DNA of 64,000 nucleotides, taken from contig MHFR01000037.1 of the NCBI GenBank assembly GCA_001804285.1, positions 149,952-213,951 on the forward strand. The letters run 5' to 3'. The notes under the pieces were generated by a model. It saw only the letters and a program-made list of their open reading frames with translations, did not search any database and had not been told where the DNA came from. The number at the start of each line of letters is the position of its first letter. The stretch's first letter is position 1. Origin of the DNA: Candidatus Danuiimicrobium aquiferis (lineage in GTDB: Bacteria; Omnitrophota; Omnitrophia; Omnitrophales; Danuiimicrobiaceae). Below, piece after piece: positions 12,001 through 27,000 of the stretch. The position numbers and the translations under genes are program-made.

Positions 12001-15000
12001 TGCTATTCTCGAATCCCTCGAAATATTTCCGGCGTCCAGATTACGCATTTCGATTTCGGGCGTCCCCACCGTTGCCCAATCGTTATCCGCATGAGCCATA
12101 TTCCGGACAGACTCTTTCATGACATCATAATGGCGATAATCTTCCAGCGCCTGTCCGTAGCCCGCCTCTTCTAAGTTTTTGCGCAGATATTTTTCAATTT
12201 CATTCAGCGTTTCACGCGCAATCTGTGAAGTTCTGATTAACTCGCTCGCCTTCCGCCCGTCATTTTTATTCTGCGTCTCAATTGCTTTGATCCGATCATC
12301 CATGGTTTTCAGGCTCATCTCAATCGATATCAGGTCGAAAAGTTTATTTCGAAGGTCTCTTTTTTGATCGTCAGTCAACGGCGTCGCGGGCGTAATCGCT
12401 CCTTCTATGGCGGCTATTTCCCGATTAAGCAGGTCCCGGCTTTGTTCAGCCGCGCTCCTTTCATCAAGCAATTTCTGATACTCCTCACCATATTCGGCCG
12501 CCCGAATCAGCACGCCAAAAATCTTATCCAGACTTTCCGGCGTTAACGTTTCCCCTTCACGTTTAAGCGTCCGGAGAAAGTTGGCAAACACCTCCCGATC
12601 CAGGACATCTTCATTGATCATTTTTTCGAAACTTTCAAGCGAAAAACCTTCAACATCGGTGCGGATCTTCTTAACAAACGGTTCTGTCATTCCGGTTAAT
12701 AATTTATCCGTGAACATACTCTCAACCATCTTATAGAGCTCATAGCCCATGCTGTTCTTTTCATCCATAAAAAACGCCATCCAGATTCGCTTGGAAGGGT
12801 CAACCAATTCTAATTTTTCCGAACCGCGCGCGTCAAATTCTTTCAAATTAAAACCGAGTCCTTGCAAGCCGATATTCTCGCCGTGTTCATCCGGATAATA
12901 ACCGCCGGCATAGGAAAAAACCGGGGTGTTGGTGAAAAATTCCTGCAGGTTTACATATTCGACCGGTCCGACCATGTCTTCAATTCGCTGATCGTGGGGG
13001 ACGGGTAATTTCCGGTTGGTTTGTCCGGAACTCCAGTACAACCACACGGTTGTAATGATAAGTCCGATTCCGACGCCGATCGCGAAATTTCCGAGTGCGA
13101 GACCGATCAGGCCGAGAACCGCCGATAGCACTCCGCCCTTGAGCGCTACATCCGCCCGCAATGTTCTCCCTGAAAGCGTATGATATTCAATTGTTCGATA
13201 TAAATTGCCGGCCCGTAAGGAAGTCGCTATATCCATAATCCAGCCGTATTTTTTGCTGACATTGTGGTTTGTTGCGGCCCACGATCGGTAGAGATAAATC
13301 ACGCGGCGATTCATTTTTCGTCCCAATGCTTCGGCCGCTTCTTTTTGCCGACGTGCTATTTCGAGAGAAATAGGACCCGATGACGCGATAATGAATACCG
13401 TAGCGGGGTCTGTATTACCGCGCATGATTTCTTCCATGTTTTTGATCGGGCCACTGTTAAAATCACCTAAATTTTCGTTCTTAGCCGTCGAAGGCATCAC
13501 AACGGCAGGTTTATACGCTTCGGGAATAGAATCGCTAAAACGGAAATGAAGAATAGAATCAAGATCAATTGTCGTCTGGCCCTTCCTCAAAATCTGGGGA
13601 TAAACCGCCTCTAATATTTTCCTATTAAGGGATTCTAATTCAGCCACCGTGAAAACAGCTGCGGGTTCCAGGGCCCTCGCTAATAATGCTTTAGTCGCAT
13701 CGTCAAGCCGGCTTAGCATTTTGGGACTTCGTTGAATGCTCCCATAATCTTGCACGCGCATCCTGACCGCCAGAATTTGATTTAAGGCGTCAGCCCACTC
13801 TTGTTTGGCAACAGTTTGACCATTCTCAATCCTTCCCCTTATCGCGTCAAGGACTCCTTGGTCCCATCCGTCAGTTAATTCATTTCCCCTAAAGGAATTC
13901 GCATTCAGGTTTCCGATGAGATTGTCCGCAAAAACTTTGTTTGTAGATCGATCAATCCTTTGTCTGATAAGTTCCTGCCTGAACTGTGCTTCGTTGTCAA
14001 AAACCGACTCTTTCACGGCTTCAGTATCAGTCGGAAAGCCCAGGCGCCTCAATTCATCCTCAAGGCGCGCTCGATCGTTAAAAATTTCTTGATTGATCGC
14101 ATTAACGTTAACACCCCCGCGGCGCAATTGTTCCTTGAGCCATTCGCGCCCTATTCCCTCGACATCGATTCCCTGCCGGCTGAATTCATCTTTGATCCAC
14201 GCTTTTTGGAACCCCCAAAGGTCAACACCGCGCGCACGCAATTTTTGAACGAGCGCCGCTTCATCGTAATAAATAGAATCCTTGACAGATTCAAGATCAA
14301 TAAAAGGAATCCCGAGAGCCTGCAACGTTTCCTCAAGCATGTCTCTATTGTCGAAAACCAAATCCTCCACAGAGGCAATATCAATTTTATTGGCACGCAA
14401 CGCCTCAGTCAGCTGCTTCCGATCATCAAAAACCGCATCGGGAAGCGTAATCCCGTGTATAGTTAAGCGCTCTTTCAGCCATGCTTTTTGGATTTCCGCG
14501 ACATCAATTCCTTGCCGGCTTAATTGTTTCTTCAGCTTCGTTCTTCCGCCTGACTTAATATCGAGGACAACGATCCCACGTCTTTTCAATTCTTTCTCAA
14601 GGCGCTTCTTATTGTTAATCGTTGCATCATCGATAGTGGTTGTATCAACCCCAAGGCGGGCCAGTTCTTCTCTGACCCATTCTCTTTCAATAGATGCGAG
14701 ATCGAGCCTTTGTCCGCCAACTCTTTGCCGGCTCAAAACTTCTTTAAATCTTTCTTTCCGGAACGCCCGGAAATCCGCGCTCCGCGGCGCCATCGGCTTA
14801 CCCCATAAAGTCGCCGTCCGGTCCATTGCAATTTTCCCAAGGTCAAGACTCAAAAAGAAAATATGAACAACCAAAAGCACGACCATCCCCGGCAGCACAT
14901 ACGCCCAATCTACGGAAAAAATTGCAATGGCCCATGCGAATACCCCTGCGATGCCGGTAATCGCAATCATCTGAAAAATCAGTTTGCTTGGGAATCCCCT

Positions 15001-18000
15001 CGGCCGGTAATTTTCATAATCCGGGCTCTTTGCGCCGACGGCCCCGCTCTCTCCGATGGTCGGCGTAATAAATGGTATGCCCGGATGCCTTGCAAACCAA
15101 TCCCGAATCTTCTGAGGAACCAGCCGGCTGCCGATCGGTTCATCCTTCTCTCCCGTTACCTGGCTCGCCCGTTTCCGCCGGATGGTTTCGCCCGTGATTA
15201 ATAGAAGTAGCGCAAGGAAAATAATAACCAGCCACTTCGAAATGTTATTCACAAGAATCCACGTGTTATGTTGTTTTGCTTTCCCTACCTCAATCGGCGC
15301 CTCGCGCAGATTCACAACTGCTTTTTCATCAACCACAGTTTTCCCATCTATTGTGATGGTTTTCTTCTCCGCTTCCTTTGCAAACTCTTTTTCCATTTCA
15401 TATTTCACGTGATTTTCCGCGTCTAAAACCACCGCACCGTGAACTTTCGATTCCCTTTTTAATTCAGCCTTACTATAAAGCACGTCTTCAGGGACAAGAG
15501 AAGAATGATCAAGGGAAACCCGGCTTATAACGGCCGCTATGGCAAAAACTATTTTAGGATATATTTCAAGTGATGTATCTTTGCGCTTCAATTGATCAAT
15601 CTGTTCTTGTAAAACCCGCAAATCAGAAAACAAGGTCTTAATCTCCGTCAACGTAAGTTTCCCTATATTACGCAATCGCAATATTTCATCTTTCTGTTCT
15701 TTAGTTAGCGTGATGCGATACACCAAATCCTTTTTCTTCTCTTGATCGAGAAATGTTTTAGCCCACAGATCAATTAAATCCGCGGGTTCTTTTTGCTCCT
15801 CCTCAAAAGTAATACTAATTTGCTCGTTGGCAGGCATTTTCTCAGCCAACCTGATAGCGACACCTTTGGCAAGCGTTATAATCGCTTTTCTAACGACATC
15901 CCTTTTCCCTGATTCATCTTTGTTAAATTTCACTTTTTCGAGCGCACGAAGCAACTCATCAGCATTTGTGATATAGCCATAGATGCGCTCTAAATCTTTT
16001 GAAACTATTCTAAAATCTTCTATCAAGGCTTTTAATCCTTGCGGTGTCACTTCTCCTGATTTAATTTTCTTTGCATATTCGGCCACAGCTCGATCCGAAA
16101 TCTTGACATGGTTTTTCTTGTTAAGCCGCATAACAAACTCTTCGTGCCCGTTATTGGCTAATATTCCATCTTCCACCTTCGAAAGCATTGTTTCATCAGG
16201 CCGCACCAAGAGCCGGTAACGGATAAACCTGTCCAACTGATTGGGCTCCTTTATGCTTATTTTATCCCTACTGATCTCTCCATAAGCAAGTTCGACAAAT
16301 TTATTCGATACGCCGTTCATTGTAAAAAATGCGGAAGAATAGGCCCGGACTACTGACGGCGAGGTTTTATCGCCTTCGAACAATTTCGCAAAAAACGCTT
16401 CCGTTTCCGGATCGAATAATATCCCAAGCTTTCTCTCCCCTTCCCACAAGACAAGCCGCCTGCCTTCTTGTTTGGGGCCGCTGGTTAATTGATATACCAC
16501 TTGACGGTTTTTAGTATCGGTTAAAATATTTTTGAAAAACTGTTCCGTTCGCCATAAGCCAATCGCGTCAGGGTTCCCTGCCACCCGGCTGACAATATTC
16601 CGCAAAGGTAAATTCGTATCCCACGCCAAATTACCATCACCAAGATAGGCAAAGATGAGTTCGTCAAACAACAGGTTCCTATAAAACTGATTTTTATCCT
16701 CCCGGCTAAGAAGGACGTTACCAAGATATTTGTTTGCATATTGCTTTTGAATTACTGCCGTATAATGGAACAAATTTTCATAATCCTGATCAGTCATGCG
16801 TTCAGGATCAATATTACCGATAGAATCCACTTGATTGGTATCAATAGGTATTCCATCCCAATGTTTTTCCCAAAGTTCCCATATTTTCTTTCTGTCCCCG
16901 ATGCGCTTTTCAACCTCCATCAATATAAGCGGTTTTCCGTCTTTGTACGGCGGTTTCTGCATCCGCTCTAACCAATGCAAGGCCCCGCCGCGCATATACC
17001 GCACTGCAAAACTCGGCAATAACTGCGTTTCCAATTCTTTCCTATCGAAAGTTTTCTCTTTGGTCTGCTTTTCCCCTTGAGCATCTGTCTCAGTTTCAAT
17101 CGATATCAAACCGCCTTCTCTCAATTCACTGTCTTCCATTAACCGTTTGATGTATTGATCAAAATCAGCCTTAGCGCTGACATCCATGATTTCATGGTGC
17201 ACCGGATAGGAACTATATAACTTAGCTACGGCTTGATAATTTGAAATTGCCGGTGCAATTTTCTTTAATTGATCATGGTCTTTCTCTTGCATTTGGTCAA
17301 TATCAGGAATTTCAATATCGCGGTCGTGCAAAAACTGCACATAAGCATTCAAGAGTCCTTCTGCGTATACGCGCTTAAACTCCTCTTTAATATCATCCAG
17401 GACCTTCTCCACCCCCAACCTTCCGTATTTCAATTGCTGGAGCGCGATAAATGCGTCCTCTTCCGCCTGATACCAATTCACCTGGTGCATTTTCTTGTCC
17501 GGAGTCTGATGACTAAATGAAATGCCTTTTAAGAACTCCATTTGATTCTTAAACATATCCGAAACCGTGCCGGTTCCTTTTAATATCTTTACGAGATTCA
17601 TTCGGTCACGCAAATCTTTCTCAAGATTTGCCTTGCTGTCATATTGTTTTACAAAAAATGACAACTGCGCCATTAGGTCGTTGAAACGGGCTTTGTGTTC
17701 CAAATCTTCTCCGGCATCACGAAATGCCTCGGAAAGCTCTTTCCGGAAATCATAGCCCGTATCGCCGTCATGAATCATTTTTTGATAACTATCGAAAACC
17801 GGAGATTCGAGAATTTCGATCAACCGCGTTGTCCTGGCTTCTCCTTCTTTCAGCCATGACAGAAGCAACCCAAGGTGAACCGGATTCTCGCGGTCAAATG
17901 TTTTCGTTTTTGACGAATCAATTGCATTAAAAAGTTTTTGAATCAACGACGATTTATTATCCTTATCCTTGGGTGGCGTGATAAATGAATCGATGCGGTC

Positions 18001-21000
18001 TGTGATTCTCTTCATTAAGTCCAGGATATCACTATCGCTCACACCGGGTCTTTTCGCATATTCATGCGCCACCATATGAATTAATCCTGCGCGAACACCG
18101 CTTTCACTGGGGCTCCAGATTTCACCCACCGGCCGTTTGAGTATTTTTTCGTAAAGGCTTCTGACTTTTGTTTCGAATTCCTTTGTAAATTCCGGGGTTT
18201 GGGTCTTGCGCGCCGCGAAAGCCTCGACATCCGCGTTCTTAAGACGCCATTGAATATCCCCTTCTACCACCAACGATTCAAACCAAGCCAAAGCCAGGGC
18301 GCGAATGTTTGAATCGTAAATAAAGGTCTCTTCGCTGATCGCGGGCAAATCTTCTCTAATGATTTCTCCGATGTCCGCGTAATATTTATTCGCCCGTTCG
18401 ATTCCCGCGCTTCTCGCTTTCGGATCGTTTAATTTTGCGATCAATTTTTCTCGTTCCACTTTCCATTTATCAAATCCCTTTTCCACGATAATGCCAAGTT
18501 CGGAGAGAATCATCGATTGGACACGAGGGTCTTTCTTGAATTGATCAAATGAGAAATCAGAGCCAAATATCGGAACACCGACTGCTTCGTAGAATTGCTT
18601 GATGGTTGAAGCGGCCCTGTCAATTTCGCCTTTTACTTTCCCCTCATTTCTAGCGTAATCAAGAATCCCGGATTTCCCGGCCTTCCCGTGCAATTTAGCG
18701 TGAAATTCAAAAACACCCTCTTTCGCCATAGCCGTCAGTTGTGCCCGGACAAGATTCCAGGCAAAACGGTTTTTCTTGAAATTGTCCATGGTGATTCCAT
18801 ACCGGTCTTTTCCACTCACCGCAATTTCGAGTTCCCGCGCATTATCAACGGCAATCTCCAACGCCGTTTTCCCGGATTTCCCGTCCTTCACGATCTCACC
18901 GCTAACAACATCGTATCGTTCAACAGTTTCCGCAGGCGTTTGTGCCAGCCATGCGAATTCCTGCGCTCCGACTTTTTCCGTTTTATCCCGACTGCCTTCT
19001 TCCGTCATACGCGAAAGCATTCCCATGACTTCCATCCGGACAAGATTATTCTTGAATACGTCTTTAACGGTGTAGACTTTGGCTTTATCACCAAACCGCA
19101 ATTTATTCGCCCGGTTCACTTGGCCCACGGCAAATTCCAGCGCCGTATCCGGCGCTTTTGCTTCGCCGGGCTCTGAGGATACCGGACGGGATGCCGCAGG
19201 TTGAGTACCCGCAAGTGGCGTTGCACCGGCAACTTCTACGGAACGGATACCAATCCGGGACACTTCTTCCTGCATCCTGAGGATTTCCGCATTCGATATA
19301 ATAGTCGGATGAACTCCAGCCGGGGCGGTTTGTGCTGAACCCGGCTGTGTCCAAAGGGACGGAGGAGGCAACACTGGCAGTCTAAACGTCAAGTTATTTT
19401 TCGTTTTCAAATGGTCACTCAAAAACGACATATCGTTTTGATGTTTATGAGCGTACGGATAAACCCCGCCCGCAAACTCCGCTTGAATGAGAAAGCTGAA
19501 GAAAACGCTGAAATGATCGGGAACAGATAAATACAGCCGAAGATCCGGATTCTGGTTTTTCAGCTGCAATTCAAGGAGCGCCTGCGCTTTTGCGATTTTA
19601 AGCTGTGCCTCATCGCCGATCATATTCCTGATGTTATTGATAAGCGTAACGAGCCTCTCCGGATTCGTTGCCGGGTCCATTTCCGGATGCAACAACAAGT
19701 GTGTGGCAAGACCGGATGCCATGCCACGTTGAAACGTCTCGGGATCTATGCGATTTCCCACTTCGGATATTTTCCCCTTTTCCTTTCCTTCTTCACCGAT
19801 AATCGCAACTGCCAAATTGTGATTTGCTTTAACAAGTTCAGTTGAGTTTATATAATTATCAATCCTATCTTGGTCACCGCCCGCAATCGCGCGGCTCCAC
19901 TGGAGATGAAGCGTAAAAGTTTCTAAATCGAGGCCGGTCAAATAGAATTGCGTTAAAGCATTCCAAAGCCCCATGTCCGCGGCATTGGATAGAACAAGCG
20001 GCTTATCTTTGTCACGATAAAACTTATTGATCAATGGCCTTGTTTCTTCCATTGCCTGATGATAGCGGCGGGCGACCACTCCGAGGCGTTCGGGTTTGAT
20101 GCCTTTCTGGTCTTCGGTCAAATCTTCGGCGCGGATCACGTTCTTCGCCTTCAAATCCTTAAAATATTCCTTTGTGAAATTTAAAAACGAAAGTGTTTCA
20201 CCGTTAATGTATGTCGAACGAACTTCCTTCGCTTCACGTGCCAATGCTTGGACATCAAGAAGTGTTAATTTATTCTTTTCCCCGTTTTGCCGAGCCTCTT
20301 CTAACAAGATTCTTAAATGAAACGCTGACGGAACTTGATTTAATAATTGCTTAGCTTCTTTATAAAGCGCCTCGGTTTCTGTGGGCGTTGGCATTTGGCC
20401 TTTTTGATAATCTTTAATGCGCTCAAAGATTTGTCCGTCGCCGATCGCACCAACGACCATGCTGTGGAATCCGACTTGATCGACAAGCGCATTTAATTGA
20501 GTAAAAAATTGACGGAATTTCGCCTCATGCTCTTTCCAAAACACTTCCGGATCCTTGCTGATCAAGAGCTGATCCATCAATTTAAATTTATAAAACAAAG
20601 AGAATACCGCAACCAACCGGCCATGGTCCCGGTCGTGGTCAAAAAATTCAGGGTTCTTAATTCCAAGTTTTGTGGTGTAGGTAATAAATTCGGGAAGATC
20701 GTACATCTTACGGAGGACAATTTGACGGTTGCGAAGTTGATCGACGGATTGCTTTGCTTTGAGCGCTACTTCTTTCAAAACGAGAATTTCCCGGTCCCAG
20801 GACTTTTGAAAATTTTCAAAATCCCGAATGCGCGCACGAAATTCATTCCACTTCTTTAATGTCTCCGGGTCCGGAGCTGAATCCGCAAAGGCCTCGCTAA
20901 CCGCTTTCACAACGAGATTATACGCCTCACGCGTTAACTGATCTTTACTCACCGTCTGCGTCACATCGAGAACTTTATTGAAAGTGGCCGGATCAATTTT

Positions 21001-24000
21001 CGGATAAATTCCGAAAACAAGCCCGCCATGATTCAAGGATTGACGCGCCGCATCGGCAGAATTTGTCACATCCATGATCCACGCATCCAACCTTCTCATA
21101 TCCGCAAGCTCAGATACCGTCAAATCCTGTCCGCTCGGGCGGGATATCATCCTGTTATAGATCAGAAGCATTTCGGCCGTTTCGGCGACACGATCGTCAA
21201 TAGACTTTGGCCGCGAAAATCCGATTTGTTGCTGTTTATAATCATAGACCCCGAGTTCAAAAGCCCAACCCATTAAAAACAGGTTTAGTTTTTTATCGCG
21301 GTCCCGGCCGCCGGCATCGGCAATTTCTTTGGTGTCAAACCGGTCCCTCAAAAACTCTTCCATAAAATTCGGGAATTTTTGACTCATGAGCGCCGGATTG
21401 TCCCGGATTTCTTGAATCGTCTTATTATCAATCAATTTTTTTGCCGCTTCCGTCGCGCGGCCTAAAATGAGTTTCATCTTGTCGACGGAAATATTACGCG
21501 CATGGGCAATTTCATAGAATTTTAAAACAAATGTGTTCAAATCATTAACATCAACGTGTCCCTCATAGGTCACTTTGAGCGCATCTAAAAACTGCTTTAC
21601 GGATTCTTTTATTTCCAACACATCGTATTTACTATTCGTCGTCTCAGGCGCGGTGGCTATTAATTCATCGTACGATGTAACCTTGGGCCGGAATGGCTCC
21701 TGACCTTCTAATGTCTTTTCGATTTGATTGTATCCGTCATCTGACAATTCTTGCGGAGGCTTGGCAATAATCGGGTCGGTCACTTTTTGAACCGCATCGG
21801 TTTGCTTTTGCGCCTCTTGCAATTTCAAATTCGCTCTCATCCTTTGGGTTTGATCGACGACTGACCGTAATACTTCTACTTGTCGATGCGACTCGGCATC
21901 AGGTTCCTTAGAAATGTCCTCTGTGTTGGTAAATTTAACTTCCTGAAATCCGATTCTTTTCGGATCGATACCGGCCAATTCGAGGCTGGCCTGAATCTGT
22001 TTGCTCCATGAAATGATCGCTTTAAACTCTTCGTTTCGCGCCCGTTCAATGCCAATCAATCTCGACCAACCGAGCGTAGGATGTTCGATATGCGTGCGCC
22101 AGTCCGAAGATTCTTCTTTGATCATTTTTTCCCAATGGGCCTGCTCGTTTCTCAACCCTTCTCTGAGTAACCTATCGCTAATATCAAACATATGACGGGA
22201 GACAACGTAATTTGCCAAAAGCTCCATATGCCTTCGCACGATATTGTTCTTTACATCTTTAATATTCCATCGCTCATGAAGTTCTTTAATCATTTCAGCC
22301 CGGGCCATATGCATTTTAGACGGATCCAAAGTCACCGTTCCATCTGCCCGTAGCGTAAACGGAAAACCAATACCGCCTTGATTGTCCCAGCTCCCTCTTG
22401 CGCCCACCGATAGTCCCAGCCCTCCTTCAAAATATAACGGACCAAACAAACCCACGTGAGCTGCTTCCGCCTGCGCTTTCTGGGCATCCGCTTTATTTTC
22501 CTGATAACGTAAATCCACGTCTTTCTGAGCCCACTCAAGCCATGTCTCCCTGCTCATTTTGTCGATATTCAAAACATTCGCCCGTTCATATCCGATCAGC
22601 TGAATATTCTCGGGGGTGACGAAAATCGATTCAGGATCGTCTGTGAATTCACCAAAAGCACCGATAAGGCGTTCGCGCTGTTGCTTCAAACGCCCCACCA
22701 CCACAAAGCGCATAAGGTTGACCTCATACGGCAGCTGTTCCGGACCATAAATTCCTTCAATCTCAATATGATACCTGTCAATTAATGTCCCGTGTTTTTT
22801 CTTAAAGTTTTCTATATAGGGCGTGCTCCGGTTTTCTTTAAGTTCTTCCGCCATTTTATCGAGCTCTTTCATTTCGGATAATAATTTTTCATATTCAAGC
22901 ACCATGTCATCCAAACCCAGCTCAACGGATTTGTTCTGCTTGAGCGTATTAAGGGCCTGATTTTCAATCATCTTTTTAGACTTTTCGGTCAAATGAATGT
23001 TTTCGAAGGTTCGATTGAGCGATAAATAAATAGACAAGGTAAGGTCCCATCCTGTTTTGGAAGCATGGAAAAATCCGCCCGTATCACGGCTCAATTGTTC
23101 TCTCCATCGCGGCCCGAATTTGCCTTGATATTCTTCGATATAGACACGCTCTAACTCAAACAATGCATTCCGATTGTAAGCGCTTTGTGTCAGTTCCCGA
23201 GTCCGATCATGATCGAGGACCTGGCTGGTATGATGCCTTTCGTCGATCCCCTGGTCGTCAACATCAATAGGTGTGTCAAACGCTTGGGTTAAAAGACCCA
23301 GACGCTCTGCCACTTCGGGATCGCCACCATTCGCATTCCCGAATTTTTTCCAAAACTCAGGAATACTTCGATAAAGAGACTCCCCCCGAAGCCGGTCTAA
23401 CGATATTCCGTTTTCTTTTAATCGCCCCAAATCAGGCATGCTGGCCAGCCTCACCACACTGCCAACAACGTCCATACGGTAATACATGAGGACCTGTTCT
23501 AATTTTCGCCTTTCCAAATCTAACTGGATTTTTCGTGCATCGAGCTCTTCAACCTGTTTTGCCTGCCCCGATTCTTGCGGCATGCGGGCTTTTGCTTCTT
23601 TAATCTTTCGTTCCAAATCATTGATGTCGGCTTGAACTTTTTCGTGTTTTGCAAACACACGCCGCAACTCGCCGACGTTTTCTTCCAGTTCGAGCAAGGC
23701 CGTCTTTCGATTCGTTTCCGTATCCCGCTGATACCGGCCTAAATTTTCAAGTGCAATAGCATAATTCAACAATGCTTTTTGAACGTCATCGTTCAATCTT
23801 GAACCGGTGATCCATGCCGAAAACCCTCTGGAACTTTTGATCATTGCCTTGACCTGGTCAACGCGATCTTGCGACGTGAATGGCTCCATCCGCAAAGCAA
23901 CTTCACGAATATATTTCACTTGTGCGTCTCCCAGTTGATTGATCACTTCCGGAATTTGCGAAAGCGCGAGAAATATTTCGGGCGTCGTGGATCCTGTTAC

Positions 24001-27000
24001 ACTGCTGATAATATTTTTGCGTGCCGCCGTTGTTTCCAAGACTTTCTCCGCATGGTCCTTTTGCGCTACCAAAAGGCGTGCGGCAGCAAATGGGTCCACC
24101 CTCGAATCCCGGTAAACTCCGCTGGTAAATTTAAAAATACCTTCCTGGTTCAACAAGGTCATACCGCTTTCCAAAAGTTTATCCCACTCACGTATCACAT
24201 GATTCGAGGCACTTTCACTTAAGGACAACCCCCCCTTGTCGTAAGAAGAATTCAAACGTTCAGGGAACCGGGCTAAGGATTGATCAAGAACAAGCAGAGA
24301 GCCTGCCGCCTGTAAAATCAATTGATTTAAAGTCTCCCGCGACCGGGTAGTTGCGCCCGCGTTCTGTTCTTCCTGCGTAATCAATTTGCTGACTTCCGTC
24401 TCTAGCTCTTTGATAAAATCATTTAAAAGCTGCCGATCGTTTTTAAGCTGAATATATTCGAAACGCAATTGCATTTCTTTCAGCTGAACATCGTTTTTAA
24501 CCAACTGAGCACCTTGTTCCCGTAAAATGATCTGAGAATCTATCTCGGCAAGAACCTGCTCGGCATTTCCTTTATATCGTGTGACGACTTGCACAAAACC
24601 AATGTTTTGGTTTTGCCACTTCATCGGAAGATCTGAAGAAGACCCGCCGCCCGCTTGATCCTTCGCCATATCCACGGCGCCTTGCGGCACGGAAATACTC
24701 TGATTTTGAACTTGTCCGACACCGGACGCTGTCGGTGTTACAGTTTGCTGTGAATACACCGCCGGAAGTTGCTGCGACCTTACCGCATCAAAATAGTTAC
24801 CTTGAGAAACATGCCCTACGCCCGGCGCAATCGGAGTCACAGATGAATATTGGCCGACACCCTCAGGAATGAGATTGGCCGCGCTGGAAATGCCCGGAAT
24901 CCCAACGGAAGCCGGAGTAAACCAGGAAAGCGCCATTCCAAATTGAGGCGGTACATTAGTAAACAGGGAAGCGACTTGAGAAGCAGTGCCCAACACCTCA
25001 ATGATCCCCATTGGCTGGCCGCTTGCCACAGAAATAACTGCTCCGGCAAGGCCTGCAACCTTTTGCAACTGCCCTAATTGAGACGGACCACTTTGTTTAT
25101 TAACCGCTGCTTGATCAACTACTTTTTGCCAGTTGGCTAAGAACGTAAATCCCACGGATTCGACGTCAACATTTGCAAAAGGGCCTCGCGATGAAATTTT
25201 TTTCCTTTCTGCTCTGAGGACATTCAGGTCGCTCGCTGTCACGGGATCGACTGCTTTATTGCCGGCTAAATCAATAATGTCTCCAAGTTTTAACGCTTCG
25301 CCTGTTTCTGTTTGCCGTCCTTCAATATCCTGTAAGGTTAAATGACCGGCAGTTTCAGCTCGAAGTCTTTTTATTTCTGCCGGCTGATCTTCTTGTTCCG
25401 CGGGGCTTAAGTCCTCGAGTCTCGTCAGCTTCAAATTTGCTTCGATTTTTTTCAGCAAGTCCTCTTCATCATTCAATTTCCCGAGCAACGGACTATCCGG
25501 ACTTAAAACCTTGCGGGCCTCCTCTATAATTAAACTCCGGACAGCATGAATTTTCTCTAAAGCCGTTTTGCGGTGTTCGGTCAATTTTTCTTTTGAATCA
25601 CCCGGTGTGTGAACAATTTCACGAAACCGGATATCCGCGTCCTGTTGATATTGAATCTGTGTGTCAAGCACGTGAACATATCTGTTTAAATTACGTAAAT
25701 GGCGATAGGCTTTGGCGAGGCGTTCTTTGCCGTCATGTTCCATGACCTCACCCCATTGTTCATTCAGCGACTGGTCGTTAAACCGCCAAGGGTCCACCAG
25801 AGCGCGGACCGGAGCAAGTTTTCCGTCTCTATTCGTGCCGAGGAGTTTGCCCGGCTTTCCGTCTTCCCAACGGAGCTGCTCTGCCCGAAGATCGTAAAAT
25901 AATTCATTTCGTTCTTGGAGCAATTTTAATGCCTCGCCTCTCGAAAGTTGACGCACCTGCTCTTCCACGTTGTAACGGCTCCTTGAAAGCAGACGGTCTT
26001 TTTTCTCTTCACGGATCCGTTCCCTTTCCCCATAAGCCCTTGAGAATTCTCCAAGCACACCGCGCAATGAATCGGCGGAATAGTGCTCGAGGTGTTTCGA
26101 GGTGTCTACAATTTTTTCAGCACCTTTCACCGGATAAATTTGATGAATGCTGTCTTGTACTTTCTGGTTCCAATTTCTAAGACTAATCGCATTCTTCTGA
26201 AGCTGGACGCGGATATTGTCCAAACGACTGACCGAATCAATCCAAATCAGTGACGCCAAACGGACCCTGTCAATAGATTCGATTCCCTTCTGCTGGTCTT
26301 GGAGCGCCAACTGATAATTTTTATAGGTTTGCCCCATCACTTTCTTTTGCTGGTGAAATTGCTCCTGAAGTGTTTTTGAATCTTTGACTAATTTTTCCAC
26401 TTCTTGCCGGTAGTCTTCCACCATCTTGAGCTGTGTCCGCTCATGCTCGACTCTTGGATGATTAATTTCCTCATCTGTCATGTCATTGCCTTTGATCAGG
26501 AAAAGATTGCCGATCAGGCTCAGCAGATTGACTCCGACAGTTTCTTGGAGCGTCAAACCGGCAATGAATTGATAAGGAACACTGCTAATGATTTGCCGGC
26601 TTTCATCGACTTGGCTTTGCAAATCAATAGCCGCATGTTCAACTTCAAGACGCCGTAATGCGAAACCATTTTTCCACACCATATCAGCCGGAACCTGCGC
26701 TTCTTCAGTCCGCAGCCATTTTTCAAATTCCGGAGTCAAAACGATTTTAGCGCTATTCGGAAGTCCCAGTTTTTCTTTCAGCACGCGTTCAATCCCCAGC
26801 AACTCCCGGTGCCAAAACAGGTATTGTTTAAATTGCTCGTTGTAAAGCGTTGCCACCTTATTCGGCGCTTGGTCATCGATGTGGAGTAGCATTTGATAGG
26901 CCGCACTTCCCAGCTCCCGATTCCATTCTCCGAGGTTTACCCCGTCAAATTTCCGGATCCGCTCCGCCAAAGAAACATAATCTCTTAATGCCGCATCCGC

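Noticed and set aside
18050-18075. AHEYAK as a zinc-protease HExxH
   Set aside because: The second histidine is absent.
15300-21900. Long helical part of the giant protein
   Set aside because: Translated in large part, but no motif or repeat could be supported by eye; it needs profile or structure searches.
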